Assembly: GCA_038043285.1 (NCBI GenBank)
Contig: JBBTCJ010000013.1
Location: 17,852-81,851, forward strand
DNA: 64,000 nt
Direction: 5' to 3'
Source: Planctomycetota bacterium
GTDB lineage: Bacteria; Planctomycetota; Phycisphaerae; UBA1845
Shown here: in pieces, positions 10,546 to 19,279 of the stretch
Numbering within the stretch: position 1 is the stretch's first letter
Layout of the letters: every line of letters begins with the position of its first letter
Position numbers and translations under genes: made by a program
The notes under the pieces: generated by a model
Database searches by the model: none
Seen by the model: the letters and a program-made list of their open reading frames with translations, nothing else
What the model was told of the DNA's origin: nothing

Positions 10546-10570
10546 ATAAGTGCCACAACATGGCACTTAT
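10546..10570. promoter_or_regulatory. Perfect 10-bp inverted repeat ATAAGTGCCA-caaca-TGGCACTTAT
   Basis: Arms are exact reverse complements. Lies ~40 bp upstream of the Xer start in a 400-bp non-coding spacer facing tRNA-Leu. Function unknown (operator or UAS-like). Confidence 0.5.
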
Positions 10571-10906
10571 ACCCGCATCGCGTACTCCAGCGGCTCGCGT
10601 CGCGGCTGACAAGCCCATTGTATCCACAACGCGGCGGCGTTGAAAGCACGGCGACGCCCTCCCGGTCGCCGCGCAAGGTCCGAAAACATGTTCAAACTGA
10701 GCAACGCAGCAGGGCGCAATATCTGCGTCTGATAGCCTTGCGCCTTCCCAAGCCCGATGGCACTGCGCGGCGTCCGATTCCCGCGTAGCCCTCGGACCCC
10801 GTTCGCCGGCCGAGTGTCCGGCGTTGACCGACACCGATTTCTCCATGAGAATGCCCCGCTCGGCGCTGGTCGCACCGCCAGGGGCAGATCCTCGGCGGCC
10901 GCGCAG

Positions 10907-10990
10907 GCCGGAGTGGCGGAACTGGCAGACGCGCGGGTTTCAAAAACCCGTCCTGGTAACAGGGTGTGGGTTCGAGTCCCTCCTCCGGCA
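10907..10990 (+). tRNA. tRNA-Leu (anticodon CAA), class II with long variable arm
   Basis: Acceptor gccggag/ctccggc plus discriminator a. Anticodon stem cgggt/acccg with loop ttCAAaa. Variable arm cctg-gtaa-cagg. T-loop ggg-ttcgagt-ccc, with one T-T mismatch in the T stem. Confidence 0.85.
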
Positions 10991-11008
10991 GTGGTTCGCG
11001 GCGGGCAG

Positions 11009-11914
11009 TTATCGGAAGCGGTCGATCGCAAAGGCGCTCAACGACGCAAGCTGAAAGAAGCAAGCCAGCGCCAGTCGTGCGCCTGCGGCGTCGTTGCGAT
11101 CGCCGAGCAGGGCCCCGATTCCCCAGACGCCCGCGACAACCGCGAACATCTGCAACAACGCCGCGAACAAACGGAGCAGCGAAAAATCATGCTGGCGCGT
11201 CCGCCGCGTCGCGCGATCGAGGTGCTGGGCGACGTCTCGGAGCGTCTGGGCGATCTCGACATCGCCCAAGCCCGACATCCCGGGCAATGGGCGGGGAACG
11301 GGGCGTGATTGCGTCGCTTCATCGGATGCACCGCTTGGTTCCACGTCCGTCGATGGATTCTCCGACAACAGCAGGTCAGAAGCCTCCGCAAGGGTCGACG
11401 CCGTGCGGTTCGGAACCGCGCCGAGCGTGGTCGTTTTCGCTCGCCCGTTGGCGAGCAGGATCGTTCGACATCCGGCTTGGGTTCCGGCCTCCACGTCGCT
11501 GAGGGAGTCCCCGATCATCCACGAGGCGGAGAGGTCAATGTCATGTTCACGGGACGCCTGCACCAGCATTCCCGGCGCCGGTTTGCGCAGGTCGCTGTCG
11601 CGACGATAGGCCTCGACTTTGGCCTCGGGACCGAACAGAAAAGGGCAGTAGTACGCCGCGTCCAGCCTCGCCCCGTATTGCTCCAGCAGCTCGACGAGTC
11701 GATCGTGCACGCTCCACAGTTGTCTTTCGGTGAGCAACCCGCGGGCGACACCCGATTGGTTGGACACGACGACGACCAGAAAACCGCCGCGGTGGAGCCG
11801 TCGAATTGCGTCCGCGGCGCCGGGCAGCAATCGAACTTCGCTCGGATCGGCCAGGTATCCGGAGTTCTCAATGATCGTTCCATCCCGATCGAGGAAGACA
11901 GCCGGCTTCTTCAT
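11009..11914 (-). CDS. gmhB: HAD-IIIA phosphatase (GmhB-like D,D-heptose 1,7-bisphosphate phosphatase) with a C-terminal two-TM extension
   Basis: FLDRDGTII, VVVSNQSGVARG, RKPAPGM, IGDSLSDVEAG. The last ~110 aa carry two hydrophobic segments (LLRLFAALLQMFAVVAGVWGIGALL; ALACFFQLASLSAFAI). Its ATG overlaps the upstream stop (ATGA). Confidence 0.75.
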   Translation of the reverse strand: MKKPAVFLDRDGTIIENSGYLADPSEVRLLPGAADAIRRLHRGGFLVVVVSNQSGVARGLLTERQLWSVHDRLVELLEQYGARLDAAYYCPFLFGPEAKVEAYRRDSDLRKPAPGMLVQASREHDIDLSASWMIGDSLSDVEAGTQAGCRTILLANGRAKTTTLGAVPNRTASTLAEASDLLLSENPSTDVEPSGASDEATQSRPVPRPLPGMSGLGDVEIAQTLRDVAQHLDRATRRTRQHDFSLLRLFAALLQMFAVVAGVWGIGALLGDRNDAAGARLALACFFQLASLSAFAIDRFR

Positions 11915-12894
11915 CGTCGCCGATCCGTTTGCGCAAGTTCCTCGACCACCGCTTGCCGAAAGAGGGGCAGCAGGATCTCATGCTGTCCGACAACCTCGTA
12001 TCCCCTTCCAGGCGTGACCGGCCTGGTGAGCACGTTCTGACGAGGCCGGTAATGACGGATCATGTCGAAATTGGCCGTGGTCATCGCATCGAGGTTCGCG
12101 CCCAGATTCCGCGCCACCGAAACCGCCTTGAGAAAGACCTCGGGCAAGACGACGGCTGACCCCACGTTGAGCCAAACGCCGCCGACGCCGGATGAGTCGG
12201 TCGCGCCGAGGTCCGACACCACGTCGCAAATCAGCCGGAAATCGTGCAGCGTCGCCGCCCCCAGCGACGCCCCGTCCGCGCGCGACGAAGCGTGGACCGT
12301 GTCGGTCCCCACGGCGACGTGCACGCACGCGGGAATCTTCGCCTCCCACGCGGCCGCGAATACACTGTGCGCCTTGTGCTGCGAGGTGCGATCAACAATG
12401 AGCCTGCCGACCGCGGCTCCCAACCCGATCTGGTTTTTTTGCGCAGAATCAACCGCATCGTCGAAGAAGGCCATGGTCTCCGCAACCATGCCGAACGTTC
12501 CGTCGCGGATGGTCTGGGCGACCTCCTCGCTGGTCTGGCCAAGGGTCGCAATCTCCAGGTCGTGGATCGCGCAGGCACCGTTGCAGGCGATGGCCTTTAC
12601 GATCCCGCGGCGGATCAGGTCGATGAGAATCGGTCCGCACCCGACCTTGATGAGGTGTGCGCCGAAGGCGACGACCACCGGCCGCTGATGCTGCGCGGCG
12701 GCGGCGACGGCCGAAACGATCTTGCGGAATGCCGACGCGCCGAGGTGTTGTGGAAAGGAGTTCAACAGTTCCGCCGCCGAAGCGCCAGGCTCTGGAAGCA
12801 GGGCAAACTCAGCCAATGACGACTTGTGATGGCGCTCTCCGACGCCGTAGGTCCGAAGTCCACGAAGATCGATCGGCTTATATTCCCGCGGCAT
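11911..12894 (-). CDS. Conserved protein, deoxyhypusine-synthase-like (tentative)
   Basis: 327 aa. AFGAHLIKVGCGPILIDLIRRGIVKAIACNGACAIHDLE resembles the DHS pattern (..G.vD.lvtTGAN..HD). The coding call is solid; the function is a guess. Confidence 0.45.
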   Translation of the reverse strand: MPREYKPIDLRGLRTYGVGERHHKSSLAEFALLPEPGASAAELLNSFPQHLGASAFRKIVSAVAAAAQHQRPVVVAFGAHLIKVGCGPILIDLIRRGIVKAIACNGACAIHDLEIATLGQTSEEVAQTIRDGTFGMVAETMAFFDDAVDSAQKNQIGLGAAVGRLIVDRTSQHKAHSVFAAAWEAKIPACVHVAVGTDTVHASSRADGASLGAATLHDFRLICDVVSDLGATDSSGVGGVWLNVGSAVVLPEVFLKAVSVARNLGANLDAMTTANFDMIRHYRPRQNVLTRPVTPGRGYEVVGQHEILLPLFRQAVVEELAQTDRRR

Positions 12895-12900
12895 CGCCGT

Positions 12901-13953
12901 TCAACTCGTCTTCAGCATGCGCCCCAACACCGCATCCAGCATTGTACCGCCGTCGCCCTCGAAGTCGATTGACACCCGGACGACCATGAATCGCCGGGAA
13001 TCAACCTCCGGCATGCGGGCTAGCTTAACCGCGTCCTTCTCGGTGGTCACAACCAAGTCATGGGCTGGCCATCCGGCCTCGCAACACAGTCGCCGCGCGT
13101 CGCGCACCGTATAAGCATGATGGTCGGGTCGCCGGTACTCGGCGACAACGAGCGCGCCCAGATCGACAACCGTCCTGCGGAAGGCCGCCGGGTTCGCAAT
13201 TCCGGCGCACAAGACCACCCGCTGGCCGCGCAATGCCGCCTGCGATTCCTCCCCCGCCAGCGTCGTCACCCCGGCTGCTCGATGCCGACAGCGAAGGATG
13301 GTCGCCTGCGGAGCATGTCGCCGCACCCTCCGCTCGACGTCCTCGCAGACCGCGCCGTCGACCTGATCGCAGCGGGTGAGAATAACGACACCCGCTCTGC
13401 CCAGCGAGGTCATTGGTTCACGAAGCAGGCCTCGCGGCAGGAGCGATCCGTGGCCCAATGGGCAGGTCGCGTCGATCAACACCATGTCCAGATCGCGGGC
13501 CAGGCGGCGATGCTGAAATCCGTCGTCAAGCACGATCGCATCTGCGCCCAGTACGGTCACCGCGCGATGAGCACCGCGCGCGCGATCGGCATCCGCCACG
13601 TATCGCACGTCGGGAACGCGTCGGCGGATCAAGCGCTCCTCATCATTGGCGTCACCGGATGGCGACTTATATCCTCGAGCCACGACTGCGGGTCGGTACC
13701 CCAGGCGCGCGAGGCGTAAGAGGATATCGATGACCATCGGCGTCTTGCCCGTTCCACCGACGGTGAGGTTGCCGACGCTCACCACGGGAACGCCGACGCG
13801 GAGCACGCCCTCGCCTCGATCGAAGCGACGATTGCGCGCCGCGACGGCCGCGGCGTAGCCAAGCTCGGCGATGCGGAACATGCCGCGAATCGGCCAGGAC
13901 CAGGGTCCGGTCCGCCCGGCCGCAATCCGTCGAAACAGCGAGGATTCGTCCAT
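12901..13953 (-). CDS. lpxK: Tetraacyldisaccharide 4'-kinase
   Basis: PVVSVGNLTVGGTGKTPMV P-loop, VARGYKS, DDGFQH. Start at ATG 13951-13953 (MDESSLF), 8 nt after the stop of the upstream gene. Confidence 0.9.
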   Translation of the reverse strand: MDESSLFRRIAAGRTGPWSWPIRGMFRIAELGYAAAVAARNRRFDRGEGVLRVGVPVVSVGNLTVGGTGKTPMVIDILLRLARLGYRPAVVARGYKSPSGDANDEERLIRRRVPDVRYVADADRARGAHRAVTVLGADAIVLDDGFQHRRLARDLDMVLIDATCPLGHGSLLPRGLLREPMTSLGRAGVVILTRCDQVDGAVCEDVERRVRRHAPQATILRCRHRAAGVTTLAGEESQAALRGQRVVLCAGIANPAAFRRTVVDLGALVVAEYRRPDHHAYTVRDARRLCCEAGWPAHDLVVTTEKDAVKLARMPEVDSRRFMVVRVSIDFEGDGGTMLDAVLGRMLKTS

Positions 13954-13960
13954 TTTCGGA

Positions 13961-15175
13961 TCAGGCCGGGTAGACCAATGCCGCGCAAGTGACACAGGTC
14001 TGCGTCGGCTCGTCGACAGCTTGGGTGTAGCGAAGCATACGTCCGGGGACGCCCGCGAGCATGCTCGCCAGCACGAACATGCACCCCGCGCTGCACACAC
14101 GGGTCGTGTTGCCATTCTCCGCCACCGCGGCGCGAAAGCCCTCCGGATCGGCCCTCTCCAGGAACGAAATCGCCCGCCGGTCGCGGGCTTCGACCTCGCC
14201 CAGGAAGTCTTCGTCAAGCGGACGGTCATCTCCGAAGGCGGCTCCGACGTGGCTCAGGTCGGCGCCGGCGATCAACAGGGTTTCGCCCGATGATTCCGAA
14301 ACGACTTCGGTGAGTGCTCTTGCAAACGCAAGCAGATCGACGCCGCGACCATCGCAAGGGGCGATTCCTGTCGGACCACACGGGTCCGGACAGAGAACCG
14401 GGACAATGGCGACGCCGCCCGCGCCGAACAGGAACTGCAACCATACAACCTGCAACTCAATCGAGTGCTCGCCTACGTGATCCAGCTCAAAACCGCGCAT
14501 GGGCCCGCAGCGTTGCTCGAGTCGGGCAAGAAAATCGCGATCGACCCGGGCGAACCCCAGCGGCGTCTCGAAATCATTGCCCGTGGCGACGACCGAGGTG
14601 GCCCGGCCGAAGTGATTCGTTCCCAGGATCACGATGCGCGTCGGCGCGGGCCGATCCCGAAGTTGAGCGTACGCCGCGACATAGCATGGCCGGCCGCGCG
14701 GGTAGTCGAGGTGCGGCGCGACCAGCCCGGTCACTCGCCGCGCGGCGGTCGACGCCGCCACGTCGGTCAACATGCCCCGAAAAGGCTCCCCCGAATCGTC
14801 GACAATCCCCGACGAGGCCGCGCTGGGCATGTGGCGGACGCCCTCGGCGCGGTAAGCGTCAAGCATGGCCTCGTATCCCGTGTCGAACGTCGGACCATCC
14901 AAAAACATCGCGTCATCGAGGTGCGCGATCATGCGATCGACGGTCTCAAGATTGAGCAAACGTCCAAACTCCATCTCACATTCCCGGCGGATTTCCTCGC
15001 GGGTCCGCGTTCCGTCCATGCGGGCCAGAATCTGCAAGGCTGCGGGGGAAAGGCTCAACACCACCGGCGAGAGCCGCGAGCGATCGCGCAATCCGATCTG
15101 CATTCCGTCTCCGTCGGAGATGCGGAAGGCCTCGACGGGCCGCAGTCTAGGCTTGAAATCGGAGGAACGAACCAT
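13961..15175 (-). CDS. Memo-like (AmmeMemoRadiSam system protein B family) enzyme with an N-terminal PqqD/RRE-like domain
   Basis: Memo motifs: VAPHLDYPRGRPCYVAAYAQL, RIVILGTNHFG, EHSIELQVVWLQFLF. The N-terminal ~95 aa (PRLRPVEAFR...LSLSPAALQILARMDGTRTREEIRRECEMEFG...VDRMIAHLDDAMFLDG) fit the PqqD pattern. Confidence 0.8.
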   Translation of the reverse strand: MVRSSDFKPRLRPVEAFRISDGDGMQIGLRDRSRLSPVVLSLSPAALQILARMDGTRTREEIRRECEMEFGRLLNLETVDRMIAHLDDAMFLDGPTFDTGYEAMLDAYRAEGVRHMPSAASSGIVDDSGEPFRGMLTDVAASTAARRVTGLVAPHLDYPRGRPCYVAAYAQLRDRPAPTRIVILGTNHFGRATSVVATGNDFETPLGFARVDRDFLARLEQRCGPMRGFELDHVGEHSIELQVVWLQFLFGAGGVAIVPVLCPDPCGPTGIAPCDGRGVDLLAFARALTEVVSESSGETLLIAGADLSHVGAAFGDDRPLDEDFLGEVEARDRRAISFLERADPEGFRAAVAENGNTTRVCSAGCMFVLASMLAGVPGRMLRYTQAVDEPTQTCVTCAALVYPA

Positions 15176-15347
15176 GGAAATGCGATTCTACCTCGGAATG
15201 GCGTCGTTGCCGACGTACGCGGATCAGGTTCCCAACAAGGCCCATCCGAACTCGGAACGGCCTTCGCTCGTGCCCAAGGCGTCCCGGAAGGGAAACGCAC
15301 CTGTAGCCAACGGGGGGCAAGCGTCACGGACCAACGAACGACCGCAA

Positions 15348-15671
15348 TCAGGCTTCGAGATCGACGTGAAGCCGGCCATCGAGGTCTTGCGTGATTCCGG
15401 ATGCGATCGGGCCGGATTCGGCAGGAGGTTCATCAGACGACGGTTCGCCCAGTGTTCGTCCTTGGCTTCCACCCCCGTCGGCGTCGCCAAAGACCCGGGT
15501 ATCGCCATCGGCGGTCTCGACGGTGACATCGGCTTCGTCAAGGGCGCGAACCTGGGTGGCAGCGGCCTGCGCGTCCCCGGTGCGCTGCGCCTCGTGCTGC
15601 CGCGCCGTTTCGCGCGATTGGATCGGCGCACCGGCGGCGGAAACAGCAATATGCGAGGGAATCTGAGTCAT
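15348..15671 (-). CDS. Hypothetical acidic 107-aa protein downstream of fliA
   Basis: Only ORF in the fliA-memo gap with a protein-like composition (D/E/A/T-rich, few Arg). No recognised motif. Its position would suit an anti-sigma-28 factor, but no FlgM signature is seen. Confidence 0.4.
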   Translation of the reverse strand: MTQIPSHIAVSAAGAPIQSRETARQHEAQRTGDAQAAATQVRALDEADVTVETADGDTRVFGDADGGGSQGRTLGEPSSDEPPAESGPIASGITQDLDGRLHVDLEA

Positions 15672-15741
15672 CCGTCCGTCTCACGCGCCGCGGCGAAGCG
15701 CTGCGCATCAGCCCTTCAAGCGCAATGGCCGCCCGGGCGAA

Positions 15742-16521
15742 TCAGTGCACGAACTCTTTGCGCCGCAGTTCCAGCTGCTCCTTGAGCCGCCGCAGAATCG
15801 CGGAGTGCATCTGCGACACGCGGCTCTCGGAGAGGTCAAGGGTCATGCCGATTTCCTTCATCGTCATCTCCTCGTAGTAGTAGAGAATGAGGATGAGCCG
15901 CTCCGCCCGGGTCAGTCCGCGGGTGATGAGCTCCTTCAGATCCTTCCGCTGAATGTCGGAGATCGGGTTGCGCCCTCGCTTGTCCTCGACGACGTCGATT
16001 TCGCACACGTCCTTGTTGGAGTCGTTCTCGCCGAACTTGCGCGAAAGGGAAACCTGGGCGACGGCCGTCGCGTCGCGGAGAAGCTTGTCAAACTCGTCGG
16101 GAGGAAGATGGAGTCGTCCGGCGATTTCCATTTCGCTCGGCGACCGCCCCAGCGTGGCCTGCAGTTCCCGCGACACGCGCTCGAGTTCGTTCGCCCGGCG
16201 CCGCACCAGCCGCGGAACCCAGTCCAGACTACGAAGCTCATCCAAGATGGCGCCGCGGATTCGCGGCGCGCAATAGGTTTCGAACTTGACGCCGCGGTCG
16301 ATGTCGAAAGCCTCGATGGCGTCCAGCAAGCCGAAAATGCCCGCCGAGATCAGATCATCGTTGTCGATTTCGTCCGGCAGCTTGGCGCCGATTCGCTCGG
16401 CGTTGTAGCGAACGATGGGAAGGAATTCCTCCACCAGATGATTACGAATTGCCTCGTCCTTGGTCTTCCGGTATTCTTTCCAGACGTCCCTCATGTCCCT
16501 ACTTGGCCTGACTTGCCGCAT
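15742..16521 (-). CDS. fliA: Flagellar RNA polymerase sigma-28 factor FliA/WhiG
   Basis: Region 2 LISAGIFGLLDAIEAFD, YCAPRIRGAILDELR. Region 4 LILILYYYEEMTMKEIGMTLDLSESRVSQMH. ATG 16519-16521 follows AAGGAG with a 7-nt spacer. Confidence 0.9.
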   Translation of the reverse strand: MRQVRPSRDMRDVWKEYRKTKDEAIRNHLVEEFLPIVRYNAERIGAKLPDEIDNDDLISAGIFGLLDAIEAFDIDRGVKFETYCAPRIRGAILDELRSLDWVPRLVRRRANELERVSRELQATLGRSPSEMEIAGRLHLPPDEFDKLLRDATAVAQVSLSRKFGENDSNKDVCEIDVVEDKRGRNPISDIQRKDLKELITRGLTRAERLILILYYYEEMTMKEIGMTLDLSESRVSQMHSAILRRLKEQLELRRKEFVH

Positions 16522-16633
16522 GTCGCCGCTCCTTGCGCATCCTTGCGCCATTCAGTCGTCCGCCCAACTCCTTTGCCGTTTCCGGTCGACACCATCACGG
16601 CGCACGCTTCGAGCCGCCGCGTTCAATCCCTCC

Positions 16634-16945
16634 CTAAGTTTTCACGGATGAACCGCGCGCCGAGGGTGGCACGCCTGTCCCTCCCACCACCAGGGGTTCA
16701 TCGGCCTCCGCCCGGCAACGATCGCGGATCGCCGTTTCCCGTTGACGCTGATGCTCGTCGACCACCAACTGAGCAGCCGCTCCAAGCAACATCCCGATGA
16801 GGCAGAAGGTCAGTAATGCGAGGATGCCGCGAGAGAGGGTGACCGCAGGCGGATTGTCCGCGAGGATGCCGCCGACAACGGCGACAAAAAAGGCGAAAAG
16901 ACCCAAACTCGCGCCCGCGTAACGTGCGACCATGCCGCGCAACAT
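16634..16945 (-). CDS. Small two-TM membrane protein (hypothetical)
   Basis: 103 aa with two hydrophobic helices (LGLFAFFVAVVGGIL; ILALLTFCLIGMLLGAAAQLV). Co-directional between flhG and fliA. Confidence 0.5.
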   Translation of the reverse strand: MLRGMVARYAGASLGLFAFFVAVVGGILADNPPAVTLSRGILALLTFCLIGMLLGAAAQLVVDEHQRQRETAIRDRCRAEADEPLVVGGTGVPPSARGSSVKT

Positions 16946-17108
16946 CCCTGTCGCCTTCGTCCAGCGTTGATCGTGTCAGGAGGCTGAAAGACGGATGGGA
17001 GCCAACAACGGCTCCATCCGTTGCCTTCAAGCAAACCGCACGACCGAGCCCGGCATCCTTACCGGGCGCTGGCGATTGGTTCCGTCCGATCTTTGTCGTG
17101 CATTTCGC

Positions 17109-18008
17109 CTACACAAAAAGCCCGGCGACACGACGAAGGAACCCGCCGCAACGTTTTTCCGTTCCGCAAGCTCGCGCCAACTCGCTTGCGATTGCGGCGA
17201 TACACGCACTGGCGTTCGATCCGGGATGCCGCAGAACAAACGGCTTCCGTTCACGGACCGCCAACTCGACGACCGTATCATGCAACAGGAATCCGCCGTC
17301 CGCAAGAGGGTAATTCAAAAATCTTTTGGCCACCCCGGCAACTCGAGCGTAGGTCGCACCCGCCTCGTTGCGGCTGCTGGCCATGTTGACCACCAGTCGA
17401 ATCTGCGGCGTCTCCGCGTCCTTCAGCAACGTTTTGATCAGAGCGTAGGCGTCAGTGACGGCCGTCGGTTCCGGCGTGGTCACGACCAGCGCAAGATCTG
17501 CCGCTTGTGCGAAGCTGATCACGTTCCGCGAAATTCCCGCGCCACAATCGAGGACCACGATGTCAGCATTGAGATCGAGCTTGCGCAAGTAGACCAGCAG
17601 GCTGTGACGCTCGAAGTCCGAAAGGTTGGCGATATTCCCCATGCCGGACGCCCCGGGCAGGAAACGCACTCCTCCAGGACCGATTTGCATCACCTCGTCG
17701 ATGGTCTTTAGTCCGCCAAGTACATGAGCCAAGGTGTGCCGGGGCTGGAGGCCCAACAGCAAGTCGAGGTTGGCCAGACCAAGATCCAGATCAGCCAGAA
17801 CCACGCGGACACCACGATCGGCAAGATATACTGCAATGTTTGCAGCAATATTTGATTTTCCAACACCGCCCTTGCCGCTGGCGACGGCAACCGTGGTAAC
17901 GCCCCTTCGACGCAGGAGGAGTTTGCGCAGGCTGGATGCCTGGTCTTGACCGTAGGAATGGCCAGTTGCCTCACTCATGACCGTACGATCCAACCCCGAT
18001 CCTGTCAT
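17109..18008 (-). CDS. flhG: MinD/ParA-type flagellar number regulator FlhG (YlxH)
   Basis: Deviant Walker A VAVASGKGGVGKSNIA, then VVLADLDLGLANLD. ATG lies 2 nt after the flhF stop. Confidence 0.9.
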   Translation of the reverse strand: MTGSGLDRTVMSEATGHSYGQDQASSLRKLLLRRRGVTTVAVASGKGGVGKSNIAANIAVYLADRGVRVVLADLDLGLANLDLLLGLQPRHTLAHVLGGLKTIDEVMQIGPGGVRFLPGASGMGNIANLSDFERHSLLVYLRKLDLNADIVVLDCGAGISRNVISFAQAADLALVVTTPEPTAVTDAYALIKTLLKDAETPQIRLVVNMASSRNEAGATYARVAGVAKRFLNYPLADGGFLLHDTVVELAVRERKPFVLRHPGSNASACIAAIASELARACGTEKRCGGFLRRVAGLFV

Positions 18009-18010
18009 GG

Positions 18011-19279
18011 TCAGGGAACCAGGGCGGCGCCATGCCGCACCCCCGAGGACGTCTTCGACGGAAGCGGCGCGATGATTCTCGCGGCGCGAGGCACGCCACC
18101 ATCGGGTGCGATCAAGATGCGCCGCGCCAAGGCCGCCCCGTCGCCCACCTCGATGTCGTTGGGCACGTCCTGACCTACCGTCACATAGGAAAGCTTGACC
18201 TTCGCCTTGACGACCGAGTTCAACACCACGCCAAAACCGAGGGCCTCGTCCAATTTGGTGAACGCAACTCGATCCAGGCCGATCCCGCGGAATCGATCAA
18301 TCGCTTCGTCCAGCACTCCTTGCGCACTGGTGCTCGACAAGACCAGATGCACTTCGTGCGGGCGCACCGTCGCGAAAAACTCCTGAAGCTGCGATATCTT
18401 CGCTGCGTCACGTTGGCTTCGCCCGGCGGTGTCAATCAGGATAACGTCGCATCCGGAAAGCCGACGAACGGCTTCTCCCAGCTCGGCCGGGGTCGTCGCA
18501 ACCTCCAGAGGGACGTCGATGATCTCCGCATAGGTACGGAGCTGCTCGACGGCGGCGATGCGGTAAGTGTCGATGGTCACAAGCCCGACGCTACGATCCT
18601 CGCGCAAGCAGAAATTCGCAGCCAGTTTGGCGATGGTGGTGGTTTTCCCGACGCCCGTGGGTCCGACGAACGCCAAGACGAACGGTTTGACTCCCGGGGG
18701 AATCTGAATCGCGCCGGAGGTAGGGATCATCGGCGCGAGCATAGCAGCCAATTCGGCATGGACGGCCAACGGATCGCACAGGCCGGCGTCGCCGAGTTTT
18801 TCGCGAACGCCGGTGACCATCTCATAGGCCAATTCGTCGCTGACCGCCTGAGTTACCAGGTGCCGATACGCGGCGAACAGATGTTCCGGCAACCGCGGGG
18901 CGTTGGTGCGGCGCGTCTCGCCCATGAGATCGACCATCATGGTGCGCAGCGCCCCGACCTCGGCGAGAAGCGCATGACCCGACGGATCAGCCACGGACGG
19001 CGCATCGTCGGACACCGACCTTGGGGCCGGCGGAGACAGTGCCCTGCGCGGCGGGGCTCGATCCAAACGAGCGCGGACGGTTCCGCGCCGCAGCGCGGGT
19101 GGAAGATCGGCGAGGTCGCGTGCCGCGGTGATCTCCACGAAAGGCTTTCCGCCGATGCCCAGCAGCCCGCCGCGGGTCAAGGTCCGCGTCGTCAGAATTA
19201 CCGCGCCGCGCCCGAACTGGCGCTTCACTTGATCGAGCGCGTCGGCCATCGTATCGCCCTGGAAGGTCTTAACTTTCAT
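18011..19279 (-). CDS. flhF: Flagellar biosynthesis SRP-type GTPase FlhF
   Basis: N-terminal MKVKTFQGDTMADALDQVKRQFG. G-domain FVGPTGVGKTTTIAKLA, IDTAGRSQRD, TKLDE. Confidence 0.9.
   Translation of the reverse strand: MKVKTFQGDTMADALDQVKRQFGRGAVILTTRTLTRGGLLGIGGKPFVEITAARDLADLPPALRRGTVRARLDRAPPRRALSPPAPRSVSDDAPSVADPSGHALLAEVGALRTMMVDLMGETRRTNAPRLPEHLFAAYRHLVTQAVSDELAYEMVTGVREKLGDAGLCDPLAVHAELAAMLAPMIPTSGAIQIPPGVKPFVLAFVGPTGVGKTTTIAKLAANFCLREDRSVGLVTIDTYRIAAVEQLRTYAEIIDVPLEVATTPAELGEAVRRLSGCDVILIDTAGRSQRDAAKISQLQEFFATVRPHEVHLVLSSTSAQGVLDEAIDRFRGIGLDRVAFTKLDEALGFGVVLNSVVKAKVKLSYVTVGQDVPNDIEVGDGAALARRILIAPDGGVPRAARIIAPLPSKTSSGVRHGAALVP

Noticed and set aside
10640-10760. SRP-RNA-like motif (AGGTCCGAAAAC) in the Xer/tRNA spacer
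   Set aside because: It lacks the conserved GGAAGGAAGCAGC domain IV sequence and a matching symmetric loop. The similarity is too short to support an ncRNA call.
9582-10990. Tyrosine recombinase next to a tRNA gene, as a possible integrative-element boundary
   Set aside because: The recombinase has XerC/XerD-type core-binding and catalytic motifs rather than phage-integrase features. I saw no duplicate of the tRNA 3' end in the window. The flanking genes are housekeeping with host-like composition.
10567-11308. ORFs 10567..11031(-), 10692..11063(-) and 10757..11308(+) overlapping tRNA-Leu
   Set aside because: They run across a well-folding tRNA gene and non-coding spacer, or are antisense to the gmhB-like gene. 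Arg/Pro/Ala-rich translations.
15745-16800. 351-aa plus-strand ORF
   Set aside because: It is antisense to fliA and the small membrane-protein gene, and no domain is recognisable. The fliA frame has sigma-70 region 2 and region 4 motifs and a strong Shine-Dalgarno sequence.
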